From: Promethearchaeota archaeon
GTDB lineage: Archaea; Asgardarchaeota; Lokiarchaeia; Sigyniarchaeales; SOKP01
Direction of reading: 5' to 3'
NCBI GenBank assembly: GCA_048939995.1
Contig: JBHLOY010000003.1
Coordinates: forward strand, 96,001-160,000
Length of the DNA: 64,000 nt
The translations under genes were made by a program, and so were the position numbers. Positions 49,485 through 59,381 of this stretch are shown piece after piece (the first letter of the stretch is position 1; every line of letters begins with the position of its first letter). A model generated the notes under the pieces. That model saw only the letters and a list, made by a program, of their open reading frames with translations. It ran no database searches and was not told the DNA's origin.

Positions 49485-51923
49485 ATGGTGGCTACCATAC
49501 TATTTAATCAAATTAACTTAAATTTGCTTCCATTAATTATTATCTTTTTGATATTATTTTTTATTGCAGTGTATTTATTCTTACCTTGGATCTTTAAAAT
49601 TTTTGTGTCTCCCAGATTTAATGCTAGTTATATCTATCGCTCAAAGGATTTTAAAAAAAAAGAATTAGACGTTCCTCTAAATAAAAAAGATAATTTTCAA
49701 ATAGATTTTGATAACAAATCAGGATTATATTCTATTTCATTTGGAAAAAACAGAAAATTTTTGGATGGAAATATAAAAATTAGGTACCAATTAAGAGATT
49801 ACAGTATTTGTAAAACAAAAAGTAAGTCTCTCAAATTAATCTCTTGTGCTGAAATCGATGGAAATGATAGACTAGGAGCATTCAAATCAATAAATGCCGA
49901 ATTTAGGTTGAAAGACGAAGACCTTTTTTTTGAGATTTCAATAAAAAATTACATTCAAGAAAAATTCATTATATTTGAGCTGAATGTTCCTAAAGGTTTA
50001 GAAAACGATTTTTCTGATAAAAAGTCAAAGCTTATTACCTCCTTTCCGTCCTTTATAAATAAAAGCCCTCATACAAAAATACTTACTTTCCGGAATACAA
50101 AATTTTGTCCTCCTTCAAGAAAATTTGATTCTACGTCTGCTCCTGTTTTATTATATGATGATGATTTAAATTGTTTTACCTTGTGTCCCTTAGATGGGTT
50201 TTTAAATACTTTGATCTCAAAAGATAAACATAACAGAATAAATTGTGGCATCCAAGGAGAAATTAAAGAATTACCAAAAAATTTTTCTCAAAAATTTATT
50301 CTTCTTTTTAGTAAAGGGATAAATCATTCTTTGGAGCATTTAGGAGATATTTTATTAAAATTTCATGATTCTAAACGCAAAAATCTTTATGCTAATGTTG
50401 TTACGTCATATTTAGGATATTGGACAGATAACGGTGGATATTACTATTATAAGACTGAGAAAGGAATGAATTATGAAGACACAATGATGGTTATTAAAGA
50501 ATATTTTGTAAAAAATAATATACCAATAAAGTATTACAATTTTGATAGTTGGTGGTACTTAAAACATACAAATAAATTTTTTACTACGTTATTTAGGTTT
50601 ATTGTAAGACTAGCGGGAGGCGGATTATATGGTAATACTTTACTTTGGGAAGTCGATCCAACCAATTTTACAACTAATTTAAAGACTTTTCATCGAAAAT
50701 TTCAAATACCAATTACTGCCCATAATCGTCGTTGGGACTCTAGATCTCCTTATGTAGATAAGTATAAATTTGAAACCTACAAAAATCATGCTGTGCCACT
50801 GAAAAAAGAATTCTGGCAGTGGTTGATGACTCATGCGAGAGAAAGTGGCATTGTTGTTTACGAACAAGATTGGATTAAAAACCAAATTGCAAGTATGCCT
50901 ATTTTGAGGCAAAAATTCAATGCTCAAGAAAATTGGTTAAACAATATGGCCACTGCAGCAAAGGAAAATGAGATAGATGTATTTTATTGTATGCAAACTC
51001 CTGGAATCCTCCTATATAGTATAAAACATTCAAATGTTAATATTTCCAGATGCTCAGAGGATTATAATCACAGATGGCCTTTAACTTATAGATATGTTCA
51101 CTCAACTCAGACAAATATCCTTTTCAATGCGGTAGGAATTAATTCTCATCCAGATGTTTTCCGTTCAAGAACAATAGAAAATGTAAGATTAAGACCTTTT
51201 GGAGAAAAATATCCCAATTTTAAATGTCTATACCAGATCTTAAATGGTGGAGTAGTTGCTCCTGGTGATAAAAAAGAAAATGTAAATTGGGCTCTCCTTA
51301 AAAGAACATGTAGGGATGATGGTTTATTACTAAAGCCGGATAAATCATTAACAGTTAATGATCTAATGTTTAAGAAGCATAGAAAATACTATATTTGTGA
51401 TACTTATACTAAGATAAATCATTTAACTTGGAGTTATATTGTAATTACCAATATATGGCCTCGAAGAGTTAAAGAAACTTCTTTCACACTAAGAGATCTA
51501 GGCTTTGAGATGGGTGATTATATTATCTATGATTATTTTTCTGATACTTTATCTCGAATTAATTTTGATAAAAAGATTGAAATAGGGCGATTAAAAAGAT
51601 ATGGTTATAAATATTATATTATCTCCCCCCTCACAAAAAATGAAATGGCTTTAATTGGGTGTCCTGATAAATTCATTACTTGTTCAAGAAAACTAATTAT
51701 AAACATAAATACAGATGAGAGATCTATAAAATTTTCAGTTCAAAATATAAAAGGTGCTAAAGTAAAATTGTTGTTCTATTCAGAAAAAAGACCTACTAAA
51801 ATTCAGATTGATAATGAATTAAGCAATACATGGAATTATATTAAAGAACTTAGTAGATTAGAAGTAAACATTAGGTTCGATAAAGATAGTAGAAAAGAAA
51901 TTTTAATCCAAAATATGATCTAG
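49485..51923 (+). CDS. Membrane-anchored glycoside hydrolase, GH-D clan-like (GH27/31/36)
   Basis: N-terminal TM helix, then YWTDNG.YYY, FDSWWY, YEQDW, YCM, RCSEDY and DG.LLKPD motifs. Confidence 0.6.
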   Translation: MVATILFNQINLNLLPLIIIFLILFFIAVYLFLPWIFKIFVSPRFNASYIYRSKDFKKKELDVPLNKKDNFQIDFDNKSGLYSISFGKNRKFLDGNIKIRYQLRDYSICKTKSKSLKLISCAEIDGNDRLGAFKSINAEFRLKDEDLFFEISIKNYIQEKFIIFELNVPKGLENDFSDKKSKLITSFPSFINKSPHTKILTFRNTKFCPPSRKFDSTSAPVLLYDDDLNCFTLCPLDGFLNTLISKDKHNRINCGIQGEIKELPKNFSQKFILLFSKGINHSLEHLGDILLKFHDSKRKNLYANVVTSYLGYWTDNGGYYYYKTEKGMNYEDTMMVIKEYFVKNNIPIKYYNFDSWWYLKHTNKFFTTLFRFIVRLAGGGLYGNTLLWEVDPTNFTTNLKTFHRKFQIPITAHNRRWDSRSPYVDKYKFETYKNHAVPLKKEFWQWLMTHARESGIVVYEQDWIKNQIASMPILRQKFNAQENWLNNMATAAKENEIDVFYCMQTPGILLYSIKHSNVNISRCSEDYNHRWPLTYRYVHSTQTNILFNAVGINSHPDVFRSRTIENVRLRPFGEKYPNFKCLYQILNGGVVAPGDKKENVNWALLKRTCRDDGLLLKPDKSLTVNDLMFKKHRKYYICDTYTKINHLTWSYIVITNIWPRRVKETSFTLRDLGFEMGDYIIYDYFSDTLSRINFDKKIEIGRLKRYGYKYYIISPLTKNEMALIGCPDKFITCSRKLIININTDERSIKFSVQNIKGAKVKLLFYSEKRPTKIQIDNELSNTWNYIKELSRLEVNIRFDKDSRKEILIQNMI

Positions 51924-51927
51924 GGCT

Positions 51928-53250
51928 TTATTTTTTGATTAAAGTTTCCTTTACCTTTAAGAAAAGAGGAATAGATCCTAAAAAGAAAATTGGTGCGAAT
52001 ACAAATACAAATGATTCTGGTATGATACCAACTACTAACATATATGTAGCAACTAAACCACCTACTATAGAACCAATTATCTGCGAGAGAGTACGTATAA
52101 TATTTAACAATCCAAGGAACTTTCCTCTTTCAAATTCAGGTAATAAATCTTGCGACCATGCATTCATTGGGGTTTCTAAACCCAAAATGCCGATAAGTAT
52201 GAATGGAAATAATATCAGTAATAAAATTAAATTGATTGATGTTCCTAGTTTAACAAAGGGAATATAGATCATTGCCATTGATATAATGTATATTGAAAGT
52301 GGAATATATACTCGACGACCATGCTTATCGCTAAGATTTCCTAATATTGATATAGCTATAAATAGTACAATGAAGGAAATAAGAACTAAAAAGACCAACT
52401 CAATTGTAGTTAATCCTAAAGCGAATATCCATATAAACAAAAAAGGCATAATTGTAGATATTCCTGTTCTATATACTGTGAGCGCAATTACTAATTTGAA
52501 GAATTCCTTGTTTTCTCTTAATTTTTTCATATTAAAAATTTCTTTAAATTCAGTAAAAAATCCACTTTTGGGAGGTAATTCTTCTACAGATTTCTCCTTT
52601 ATAAACAAAAATCCTATAAGCCCTGTAATGCATATACTTATCCCACCAACAGCTAAAGTAAAAATATGACCCGTCTGTCCAATAAAAGTCCCCTCAGGTG
52701 TTTCTACTCCAAAAATCAAGTCTGCTACAAGGAATGAAGCTACGGCTAGTAATAATCCGATATTTCCTATAATATTCACAATACCATTTGCCCTTCCCCT
52801 TTTTTCTAGCTCAACTAAATCTGGAATAAGAGCGCGTTCAGATACATAATATGCATTTGATGTAATTCCAATTATTATGACATCTAAAATAATACATATT
52901 ATATAGGCAATTATGACATTTCCACCAGCAAGATTAATCGAAAAAGCAAATATTATCATTGAAACCCCTGAAATAATTCCATAGAGTAAAAATGGACGAC
53001 GTCTACCAAATTTTCCCCTTGTATTATCACTTTTTATTCCCCACATTAAATTTGTGACCAATCCCACTACTGCTGATAAACTAACCATTAGAGTAATGAA
53101 TAAAGGTTCCAAAAATAAAACTTGATCTAAATATGTATTTAAATAATTTTGCTCAAAGAAACCAAAGATTGTCTCGCCTGCTAAAAGAAGTCCTATTAAA
53201 TAAACTTGATTTCGCAAGAAATTGCTAAACACTTTTTCCCTTTTTCCCAT
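51928..53250 (-). CDS. MFS transporter (GPH/sugar-like)
   Basis: SDNTRGKFGRRRPF, ALIPDL..RGRANG and LSDKHGRR motifs. Confidence 0.9.
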   Translation of the reverse strand: MGKREKVFSNFLRNQVYLIGLLLAGETIFGFFEQNYLNTYLDQVLFLEPLFITLMVSLSAVVGLVTNLMWGIKSDNTRGKFGRRRPFLLYGIISGVSMIIFAFSINLAGGNVIIAYIICIILDVIIIGITSNAYYVSERALIPDLVELEKRGRANGIVNIIGNIGLLLAVASFLVADLIFGVETPEGTFIGQTGHIFTLAVGGISICITGLIGFLFIKEKSVEELPPKSGFFTEFKEIFNMKKLRENKEFFKLVIALTVYRTGISTIMPFLFIWIFALGLTTIELVFLVLISFIVLFIAISILGNLSDKHGRRVYIPLSIYIISMAMIYIPFVKLGTSINLILLLILFPFILIGILGLETPMNAWSQDLLPEFERGKFLGLLNIIRTLSQIIGSIVGGLVATYMLVVGIIPESFVFVFAPIFFLGSIPLFLKVKETLIKK

Positions 53251-53337
53251 GTTTAATCCTCCATTAACTATTTAAGGAATAAGTTTTAATTTTATTTTGA
53301 TTTTATTATTTAAAAGGATATCTTTTTAACACAAAGG

Positions 53338-54231
53338 ATGCTAAAAAAAGTCGTAATCTCTGCCAGAGAAGATCATGAAATAATAAAACGTGTAATAGGA
53401 AAATTAAGCAAGTTAAAAGAAATTGAACTTATTACTCATGATCCTAAAAAGGATTATTTCACCCTTTCAAGTATGCCTACATCATTTAAAGAAGCTGATT
53501 TAATTATTGTAAAGGTTAGAAATGAATGTTCAATTGATCTCCTTCACTTTGCTAAGATTTATAATATTCCAACACTTCATGATGTAGATACCGTTCTAAT
53601 GTGTAAAAATAAAGTTTCTCTTGACTTTTCTTTGCGAGAAGCGTTTGTTAAACATCCTACACTTAATAGATATTTTTCTCTGCCACATTCTTGGAACCAA
53701 AATGTATCTGATATATTACAATTTAAGGATTGGGCGGCCTCTAAACTACCATTCGTTATAAAAAGCCATTATCAGCATGATAAGAATAATCGATTTAATT
53801 TTTTGGTAAGAGAATTAAATGAAATCGATATATTTTGTAAAAAGTACGCAGAATTCCTGTATTATGATGTATATATACAAGAATTCATAGAAAGCGATGG
53901 TATTGAAAGGAAAATCTATGTGGTAGGTGATAAAATCTATGGTATCCAGAGAGAAAACCCCTTATATATCTACTTACGAGAGAAACCGGAAAATATTAAT
54001 GTTGAAAAAATTCCTAGACAAGAATTTAAAATAACAGAGAGTATTAGAACATTAGCGAGAATTTTAGCAAAAGAATTAGACGTAAAAATATTCGGATTTG
54101 ATCTTATTCGTCCTCTAAGTAAAAGAAAGTATTATTTAATTGATTTAAATGATTTTCCAGGATTTATGGGTATTCCAAATATAGAAGATGCAATAGTAGA
54201 ATACATTAAAAATTACATTTCAAATATTTAA
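53338..54231 (+). CDS. ATP-grasp protein, ITPK1-like inositol-phosphate kinase
   Basis: LPFVIK, IQEFI, KIYVVG, IFGFD and LIDLNDFPGF motifs. Confidence 0.8.
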   Translation: MLKKVVISAREDHEIIKRVIGKLSKLKEIELITHDPKKDYFTLSSMPTSFKEADLIIVKVRNECSIDLLHFAKIYNIPTLHDVDTVLMCKNKVSLDFSLREAFVKHPTLNRYFSLPHSWNQNVSDILQFKDWAASKLPFVIKSHYQHDKNNRFNFLVRELNEIDIFCKKYAEFLYYDVYIQEFIESDGIERKIYVVGDKIYGIQRENPLYIYLREKPENINVEKIPRQEFKITESIRTLARILAKELDVKIFGFDLIRPLSKRKYYLIDLNDFPGFMGIPNIEDAIVEYIKNYISNI

Positions 54232-54232
54232 C

Positions 54233-55081
54233 TTATGCTGTAATTAATGAAACTGGGAATATTACTAGCCAAGCTATAATCCCATATAGTATGCAAAAGT
54301 ACCCAAATTGAACTTTTTTTGAAATTCTGATTAAAATTTCCATTGAAAGATAACCTACTATAAAGCTGACGATAGTTACTATTATTATTGTTAATGGATC
54401 TAAGACACTGAGCATGTATCCTCCTCCAAACAAAATATCAACCACAATAGAAGCTAAGGCAACAGGAACAGACATCAAAAAACTTAATTTTAATGCATTT
54501 TCTTGTGTATACTTCTCAAGCAATATCGTCGAAACTGTGAAACCTGACCGGGAAACTCCTGGTAAAATAGCAAAACCTTGAGATAAACCTGCAAGAAGTG
54601 AATTTTTTATGGTTTCCTTGCCTGTGGTGTTTTGAATCTCCTTTGTGCCATATATCTTTTTAATTCTTAGTAAAAAAATCCCAGTTATTATTAAAAGTCC
54701 AGAAATTATTAAAGTTAAAATATCTCCCTGAGAAGAGGTAAATCCTCCTAAAATGATGAGTTGGAAAAGAAAATATAACGGTAAAGCAGTAATTGCGGTT
54801 CCAATTGTACCGATTATTAACCAATTTCTTTTTTTTATACTATTATCATCACTAATCGACCATTTAGGTAAGATAGTTTTAGCAATATTAAAGTAATCTT
54901 TTCTAAACTTAACTATAACTGCAAAAGTAGTTCCTAAATGTAACCAAATTGAAAGACTGAATGCTACATCTGGTGAGACGTCAAATAGATTCAATGAAAT
55001 AATCATTACCTGACCTGAAGATGATATTGGTAACCATTCAAAAAGACCCTGTAAGATTGCGATAATTATCAATTCAATCAT
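54233..55081 (-). CDS. uppP: Undecaprenyl/polyprenyl-diphosphate phosphatase (BacA)
   Basis: QGLFEWLPISSSG, HLGT and AILPGVSRSG motifs. Confidence 0.92.
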   Translation of the reverse strand: MIELIIIAILQGLFEWLPISSSGQVMIISLNLFDVSPDVAFSLSIWLHLGTTFAVIVKFRKDYFNIAKTILPKWSISDDNSIKKRNWLIIGTIGTAITALPLYFLFQLIILGGFTSSQGDILTLIISGLLIITGIFLLRIKKIYGTKEIQNTTGKETIKNSLLAGLSQGFAILPGVSRSGFTVSTILLEKYTQENALKLSFLMSVPVALASIVVDILFGGGYMLSVLDPLTIIIVTIVSFIVGYLSMEILIRISKKVQFGYFCILYGIIAWLVIFPVSLITA

Positions 55082-55563
55082 AAATCTTCAATATAGTTTT
55101 TTAAACCCTTTAATAAACAATCAATAATTTCATCTCTAGCAACCCTAAACCCGCGTAATTCTTTCATAGATGGATCTTCGATGTCTCCAGAATCACCGGC
55201 AAATTCTTTTAACGTTACAATTACTTTATTACTTTTTTTGACGTATTTTTGAATTTCTTCACTATGATTCTGGGTTAGCGTAAGTATTAGATCAGAATCA
55301 TAAATTAAGTTAGGATGTCTTTTCAAGTCTATTGAAAGCGAATTATCTGGTAAATCAATTCCTATTTCTTTCATGGCTAATTTAGCATCAAGAGATATAA
55401 GCATCCCATCTCTTGCATTTGAAGATATCCCCCCAGACATAACATTTATATCTAGATTATATTTCGAAAACAAATTCTTTAAGAAACCAACTGCCATGGG
55501 GCTTCTGGCTGTATTCACACTGCAAACGATTAATATATTTTTATAAGGAAAGTTAGTCTTCAT
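55078..55563 (-). CDS. Low-molecular-weight protein Tyr/Arg phosphatase family
   Basis: P-loop VCSVNTARSPMA and DIEDP. Confidence 0.88.
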   Translation of the reverse strand: MKTNFPYKNILIVCSVNTARSPMAVGFLKNLFSKYNLDINVMSGGISSNARDGMLISLDAKLAMKEIGIDLPDNSLSIDLKRHPNLIYDSDLILTLTQNHSEEIQKYVKKSNKVIVTLKEFAGDSGDIEDPSMKELRGFRVARDEIIDCLLKGLKNYIEDL

Positions 55564-56233
55564 AAAAACTCCCTATATTAACAAATTTCACATTCTTTTT
55601 TTTCATATTTTCTAAAGAATTTGAAATATTACCCGGAGGGATATCTATCCCTCTTGTTAAATCTATCAATAAATATCCTTCGAATCCAAAGTCAAGACCA
55701 TCCATAGCTGTAAAATAACAGCAGTAGTCTAATGCTAAACCACAAATAAAAATTCTCTTGATATTTAAAGACTTTAAATAACCTGCTAATCCAGTTTCAG
55801 ATTTTTTATCATTTTCAATAAATCCAGAATAACTATCAATCTGAGGATTATAACCTTTACGGATTATCGCATAAGCTAAATCTGTTTTTAGTTTACTATG
55901 GAAATCTGCCCCCCTTGAACCTTGTACGCAGTGATCAGGCCATAAAACAGGCCCAATCGCTTCAGTTTGATATAAATCTCCAGGATTTTTTCCTGGATGA
56001 TTACTTGCGAATGATAAGTGTTCTTGAGGATGCCAATCTTGGGTTAATACAATTATGGCATTACTTTTTTTAAACTTGCCTGCTAAAAGGTTGATATCAT
56101 TAATTATTTGGTCCCCTTCCTTAACTGGTAATGCTCCACCCGGCATAAAATCGTACTGCATATCCACGATAATCAACGCATCATCCTGATTAATTTCAAT
56201 ATTACTTATAACTTCTATATCCTCAATATCCAT
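55553..56233 (-). CDS. pncA: Nicotinamidase/pyrazinamidase
   Basis: VDMQYDF.PGGAL, QDWHP..H, WPDHCVQ, DSYSGF and GLALDYC motifs. Confidence 0.95.
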   Translation of the reverse strand: MDIEDIEVISNIEINQDDALIIVDMQYDFMPGGALPVKEGDQIINDINLLAGKFKKSNAIIVLTQDWHPQEHLSFASNHPGKNPGDLYQTEAIGPVLWPDHCVQGSRGADFHSKLKTDLAYAIIRKGYNPQIDSYSGFIENDKKSETGLAGYLKSLNIKRIFICGLALDYCCYFTAMDGLDFGFEGYLLIDLTRGIDIPPGNISNSLENMKKKNVKFVNIGSFYED

Positions 56234-56307
56234 AAAAATCGTAACTTATTTGTTTTAAATAAAAAAAGTTGGATATATAATTAAATTTTTGACTCTTATT
56301 TAGAAGA

Positions 56308-56922
56308 TTAATATTTTTTATAAAGTAAAAATATTGACGTATAGAATACGGATATCATAATTCCAAAAAATGCTATCCACTCTAAGATGGACCATCTTAG
56401 AGTCATGTAAATGCAAATTATTATCGCAACAATAAAGCTCAAATAAGCTTGGACCCTAACAAATTTCAAACTCTTAAGGAATAAATAACCGTATAATAAA
56501 AATATGATAGTAGTACTAACAAAAAAGATAAGAGCTAAGAGACCATGAATCGTTAAAATTACAAGATTTTCAGGGTAAGCTGGAAAAACACCTATTAAAG
56601 ATAAAGCAATACTATCTACAATTGAGATGCTTACTACTCTCTTTTTTAAATTATTATTGACATTTTCTCCATCTACTGCTTTTCCTAAATTAATATTGAA
56701 AGGTATAGCAAAAAGACCAGAAATAATTAAACTTAAATTAAAGTAAATTCCCCCTGGACTAAGTGCTAAGTGGCTTATATTATAATCTAATATGGAATAT
56801 CCTGGAAATGAAAAAATTGCAATAAGATTCCCAAGAAGCATTACTCCTACAGATAATAAACCATAAGAACCTCTGGGAATAGCTTTATAAAGTTGAGATA
56901 AACTTTGAGTTAAATTTATCAT
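56308..56922 (-). CDS. DUF998-family membrane protein
   Basis: ISHL..YFN, LIGVFP..IHG and LEW motifs. Paralog of 38404-39033. Confidence 0.75.
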   Translation of the reverse strand: MINLTQSLSQLYKAIPRGSYGLLSVGVMLLGNLIAIFSFPGYSILDYNISHLALSPGGIYFNLSLIISGLFAIPFNINLGKAVDGENVNNNLKKRVVSISIVDSIALSLIGVFPAYPENLVILTIHGLLALIFFVSTTIIFLLYGYLFLKSLKFVRVQAYLSFIVAIIICIYMTLRWSILEWIAFFGIMISVFYTSIFLLYKKY

Positions 56923-57017
56923 AAACTTCTATAATATTTACAGAAATTTAAAGGGATCTTATTGAATTCAAAAATATTCATAAGACTTAATTAAATAATA
57001 TTATTATGTCATATTAA

Positions 57018-57088
57018 GCGCTCGTAGTATAGAGGTAGAATCTCGGATTCCCATTCCGAGGACCCGGGTTCAAATCCCGGCGGGCGCA
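57018..57088 (+). tRNA. tRNA-Gly(CCC)
   Basis: Acceptor stem GCGCTCG/CGGGCGC-A, anticodon arm TCGGA-TTCCCAT-TCCGA and T-arm CCGGG-TTCAAAT-CCCGG. Confidence 0.93.
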
Positions 57089-57102
57089 TATTTGTAGAAA
57101 AA

Positions 57103-59292
57103 TTACCATGAAAGCCCTTTATTAAAGCGTAGATTACTTATTATTGAATTAGCTTCATGATCCGGAACTTCCATAAAAGAATAAAATTCATTTTGCCAGA
57201 AAGCTCTTCCAGAAGTAGCAGATCTAATATCTTCAGCGAATTTTATTGAATTCCTGACAGGAATAAGGATTTCAATTATCGCTTGATATTCCTTATCCTG
57301 GTTTATATTTTTAATTTTAGCAGAATATTTTGTAAGTAAAGATAAAACGCTCTTTATATAATCTGGAGGAAGTTGGATAATGCTATGGTATATTGGCTCA
57401 AGTAATATCAATTCTGCTTCATTTAGAGCTTTCTTTATACCCTCGTATAAAAGAGTTGATAATTCAGTGAATGCATTCTCTTCATTTAAATTATTTATTG
57501 TTAGATTTTCTATTAGAATTTTAAGTTCAGTAAGTTTTTCTCCGCAAAGTGGCCCATTCAACTGAATTTTTTCAAAACTTTCTATAATAGTATCTTTGAA
57601 AAAAGTACTAAAAGTATCTGCTCCATGATAAATTAATAGATTTTGGTCATCATCAAATTTCCAAAAATTTTTTATTTCATCCTCCTTCAAATTTGTTTTT
57701 TCTAATAAAACATCCTTGAGAGCATCCAATGGCTTAAAGGAACCAATATTTATTGATTGTAAAAATCGAGCAGTTTTAGGATCTAGTCTCTCAATTTTAA
57801 TTGATAATGTATTCTGGTTGTTTGGTGAATTTACAGTGATAAAAGAGGAATGATATCTACAAGATTCTTTAAAAACCGCTCTTGGTTCTGAAATCGATAC
57901 ATTCACACCTCTTTTTTCAATTTCTTTTGCTGTAACTTCAAGGTGCAATGGCCCCATACCCGATAATAAGAATTCACCATTTTCCTCATTTATTTCAAAC
58001 CTTAAGTTTGGATCCTCAATTAACAAGATTTCAATTAACTCTCTCATCTTATCTAAATTTCTAAGGTATTCCGGTTCGATGGATACGGTCACTACGGGGG
58101 TTGTTACGTATTTTACTTCCTCAAATGGAATCATTTCTTCTTTATATTTGCTTTCAACAATGGTTTCGCCACTTCTAATCTTTTTTAATCCCTCTATTGC
58201 TACAATATTTCCAACAAGAACCCGATCAACTTGTTCTCTTCTCTGTCCCATGAAAATAGCTGTTCTTTGGATAGTAGCATAATCGTTTTCCCTTAAAAGA
58301 AAAATTTCTTCTTTTTTTGAACAGATACCAGAGAAAATTCTTCCAGTTGCTACTAAATTTTGCTTATCAACTTGTACCTTACTTAAACAAATGACTAACG
58401 GACCATTTGGATCACAATTCTTCATAGCTCTTCCTATTTCTACATTAATATCACCGTCCCAGATTTTATCTATCCGATAACTCTGTGCATCTATAGGATT
58501 AGGAAGATGATCCACAACCATTTCTAATATTGCTCTGTGAATTGGAAAGTAGCTTGCTAAATCTGAATATGTTTTTTTAGAATAAGTCTCCTTTTTATAT
58601 CTAGCTCTTATGTCATTAAATTTAAGATCGCTTTCCTCTAACATTTTTAGAGTAAACCCCCATTTATGGAGAGCAGATCCAAAAGCAACATTTCCGCTAG
58701 CTGGAGATACTTGCCATTCTTTTTTAAATTCTTTGTCTGCAAATCTTTCAATAAGTGTATTAAAGTCATTTATTATTCGTGTATACTTCTTTCGTATCTG
58801 TTCGTCATTTAATTTCAATTCTCGAATAAGACGATCTACTTTATTAATAAATAGAATAGGCTTAACACACTCTTGTAGTGCTTGTTTAATCACTGTTTCT
58901 GATTGGCTAATAATTTCTTCGACAGCATCAACTACGACCACAACACCGTCTACAAGTCTTAAGGCTCTTGTTACTTTACCACTAAAATCTAAATGTCCAG
59001 GGGTATCTACTAAATTAATTAAAAAAGGTTTGCGTTTTTCTAATGTTTTTTCATAATATAATGAAATATTAGCTGATTTCATTGTAATTCCACGTTGTTG
59101 CTCTTCTTCTAAATAATCAAGTGCTCTGGCTTCTCCCGCTAATTCTGGTGACAAAAAACCTGCTTCACTTAATAATGAGTCAGATAAGGTAGTTTTTCCA
59201 TGATCAATGTGACCTACTAATCCAAAATTTCTAATATTTTCAGTCTGTTCCATCATTCGTAATATATCTGTAATTTCCTTTCTACGTGGCAT
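57103..59292 (-). CDS. Elongation factor 2 paralog (aEF-2p), diphthamide motif absent
   Basis: GHIDHGKTT, RGIT, DTPGH, NKVD, GMGPLHLE and LLEP motifs. No HRG in domain IV and no adjacent rps7/rps12. Confidence 0.88.
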   Translation of the reverse strand: MPRRKEITDILRMMEQTENIRNFGLVGHIDHGKTTLSDSLLSEAGFLSPELAGEARALDYLEEEQQRGITMKSANISLYYEKTLEKRKPFLINLVDTPGHLDFSGKVTRALRLVDGVVVVVDAVEEIISQSETVIKQALQECVKPILFINKVDRLIRELKLNDEQIRKKYTRIINDFNTLIERFADKEFKKEWQVSPASGNVAFGSALHKWGFTLKMLEESDLKFNDIRARYKKETYSKKTYSDLASYFPIHRAILEMVVDHLPNPIDAQSYRIDKIWDGDINVEIGRAMKNCDPNGPLVICLSKVQVDKQNLVATGRIFSGICSKKEEIFLLRENDYATIQRTAIFMGQRREQVDRVLVGNIVAIEGLKKIRSGETIVESKYKEEMIPFEEVKYVTTPVVTVSIEPEYLRNLDKMRELIEILLIEDPNLRFEINEENGEFLLSGMGPLHLEVTAKEIEKRGVNVSISEPRAVFKESCRYHSSFITVNSPNNQNTLSIKIERLDPKTARFLQSINIGSFKPLDALKDVLLEKTNLKEDEIKNFWKFDDDQNLLIYHGADTFSTFFKDTIIESFEKIQLNGPLCGEKLTELKILIENLTINNLNEENAFTELSTLLYEGIKKALNEAELILLEPIYHSIIQLPPDYIKSVLSLLTKYSAKIKNINQDKEYQAIIEILIPVRNSIKFAEDIRSATSGRAFWQNEFYSFMEVPDHEANSIISNLRFNKGLSW

Positions 59293-59381
59293 TACAATAA
59301 CCTGGTTACTTTGAAAATAATTTAATAATATTCAATTATACTTTTGATTAAAATTTTAGGATTATAGTCATTTAAAGAAGA

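Noticed and set aside
45563-54231. RimK/LysX peptide-ligase or RiPP (graspetide) cluster
   Set aside because: The proteins have D-x-N rather than E-x-N, no precursor peptide or LysW is seen, and ino1 is adjacent.
38404-56922. Two DUF998 paralogs as boundaries of a genomic island
   Set aside because: They are highly diverged with no nucleotide-level repeat, and core genes such as psmB lie between them.
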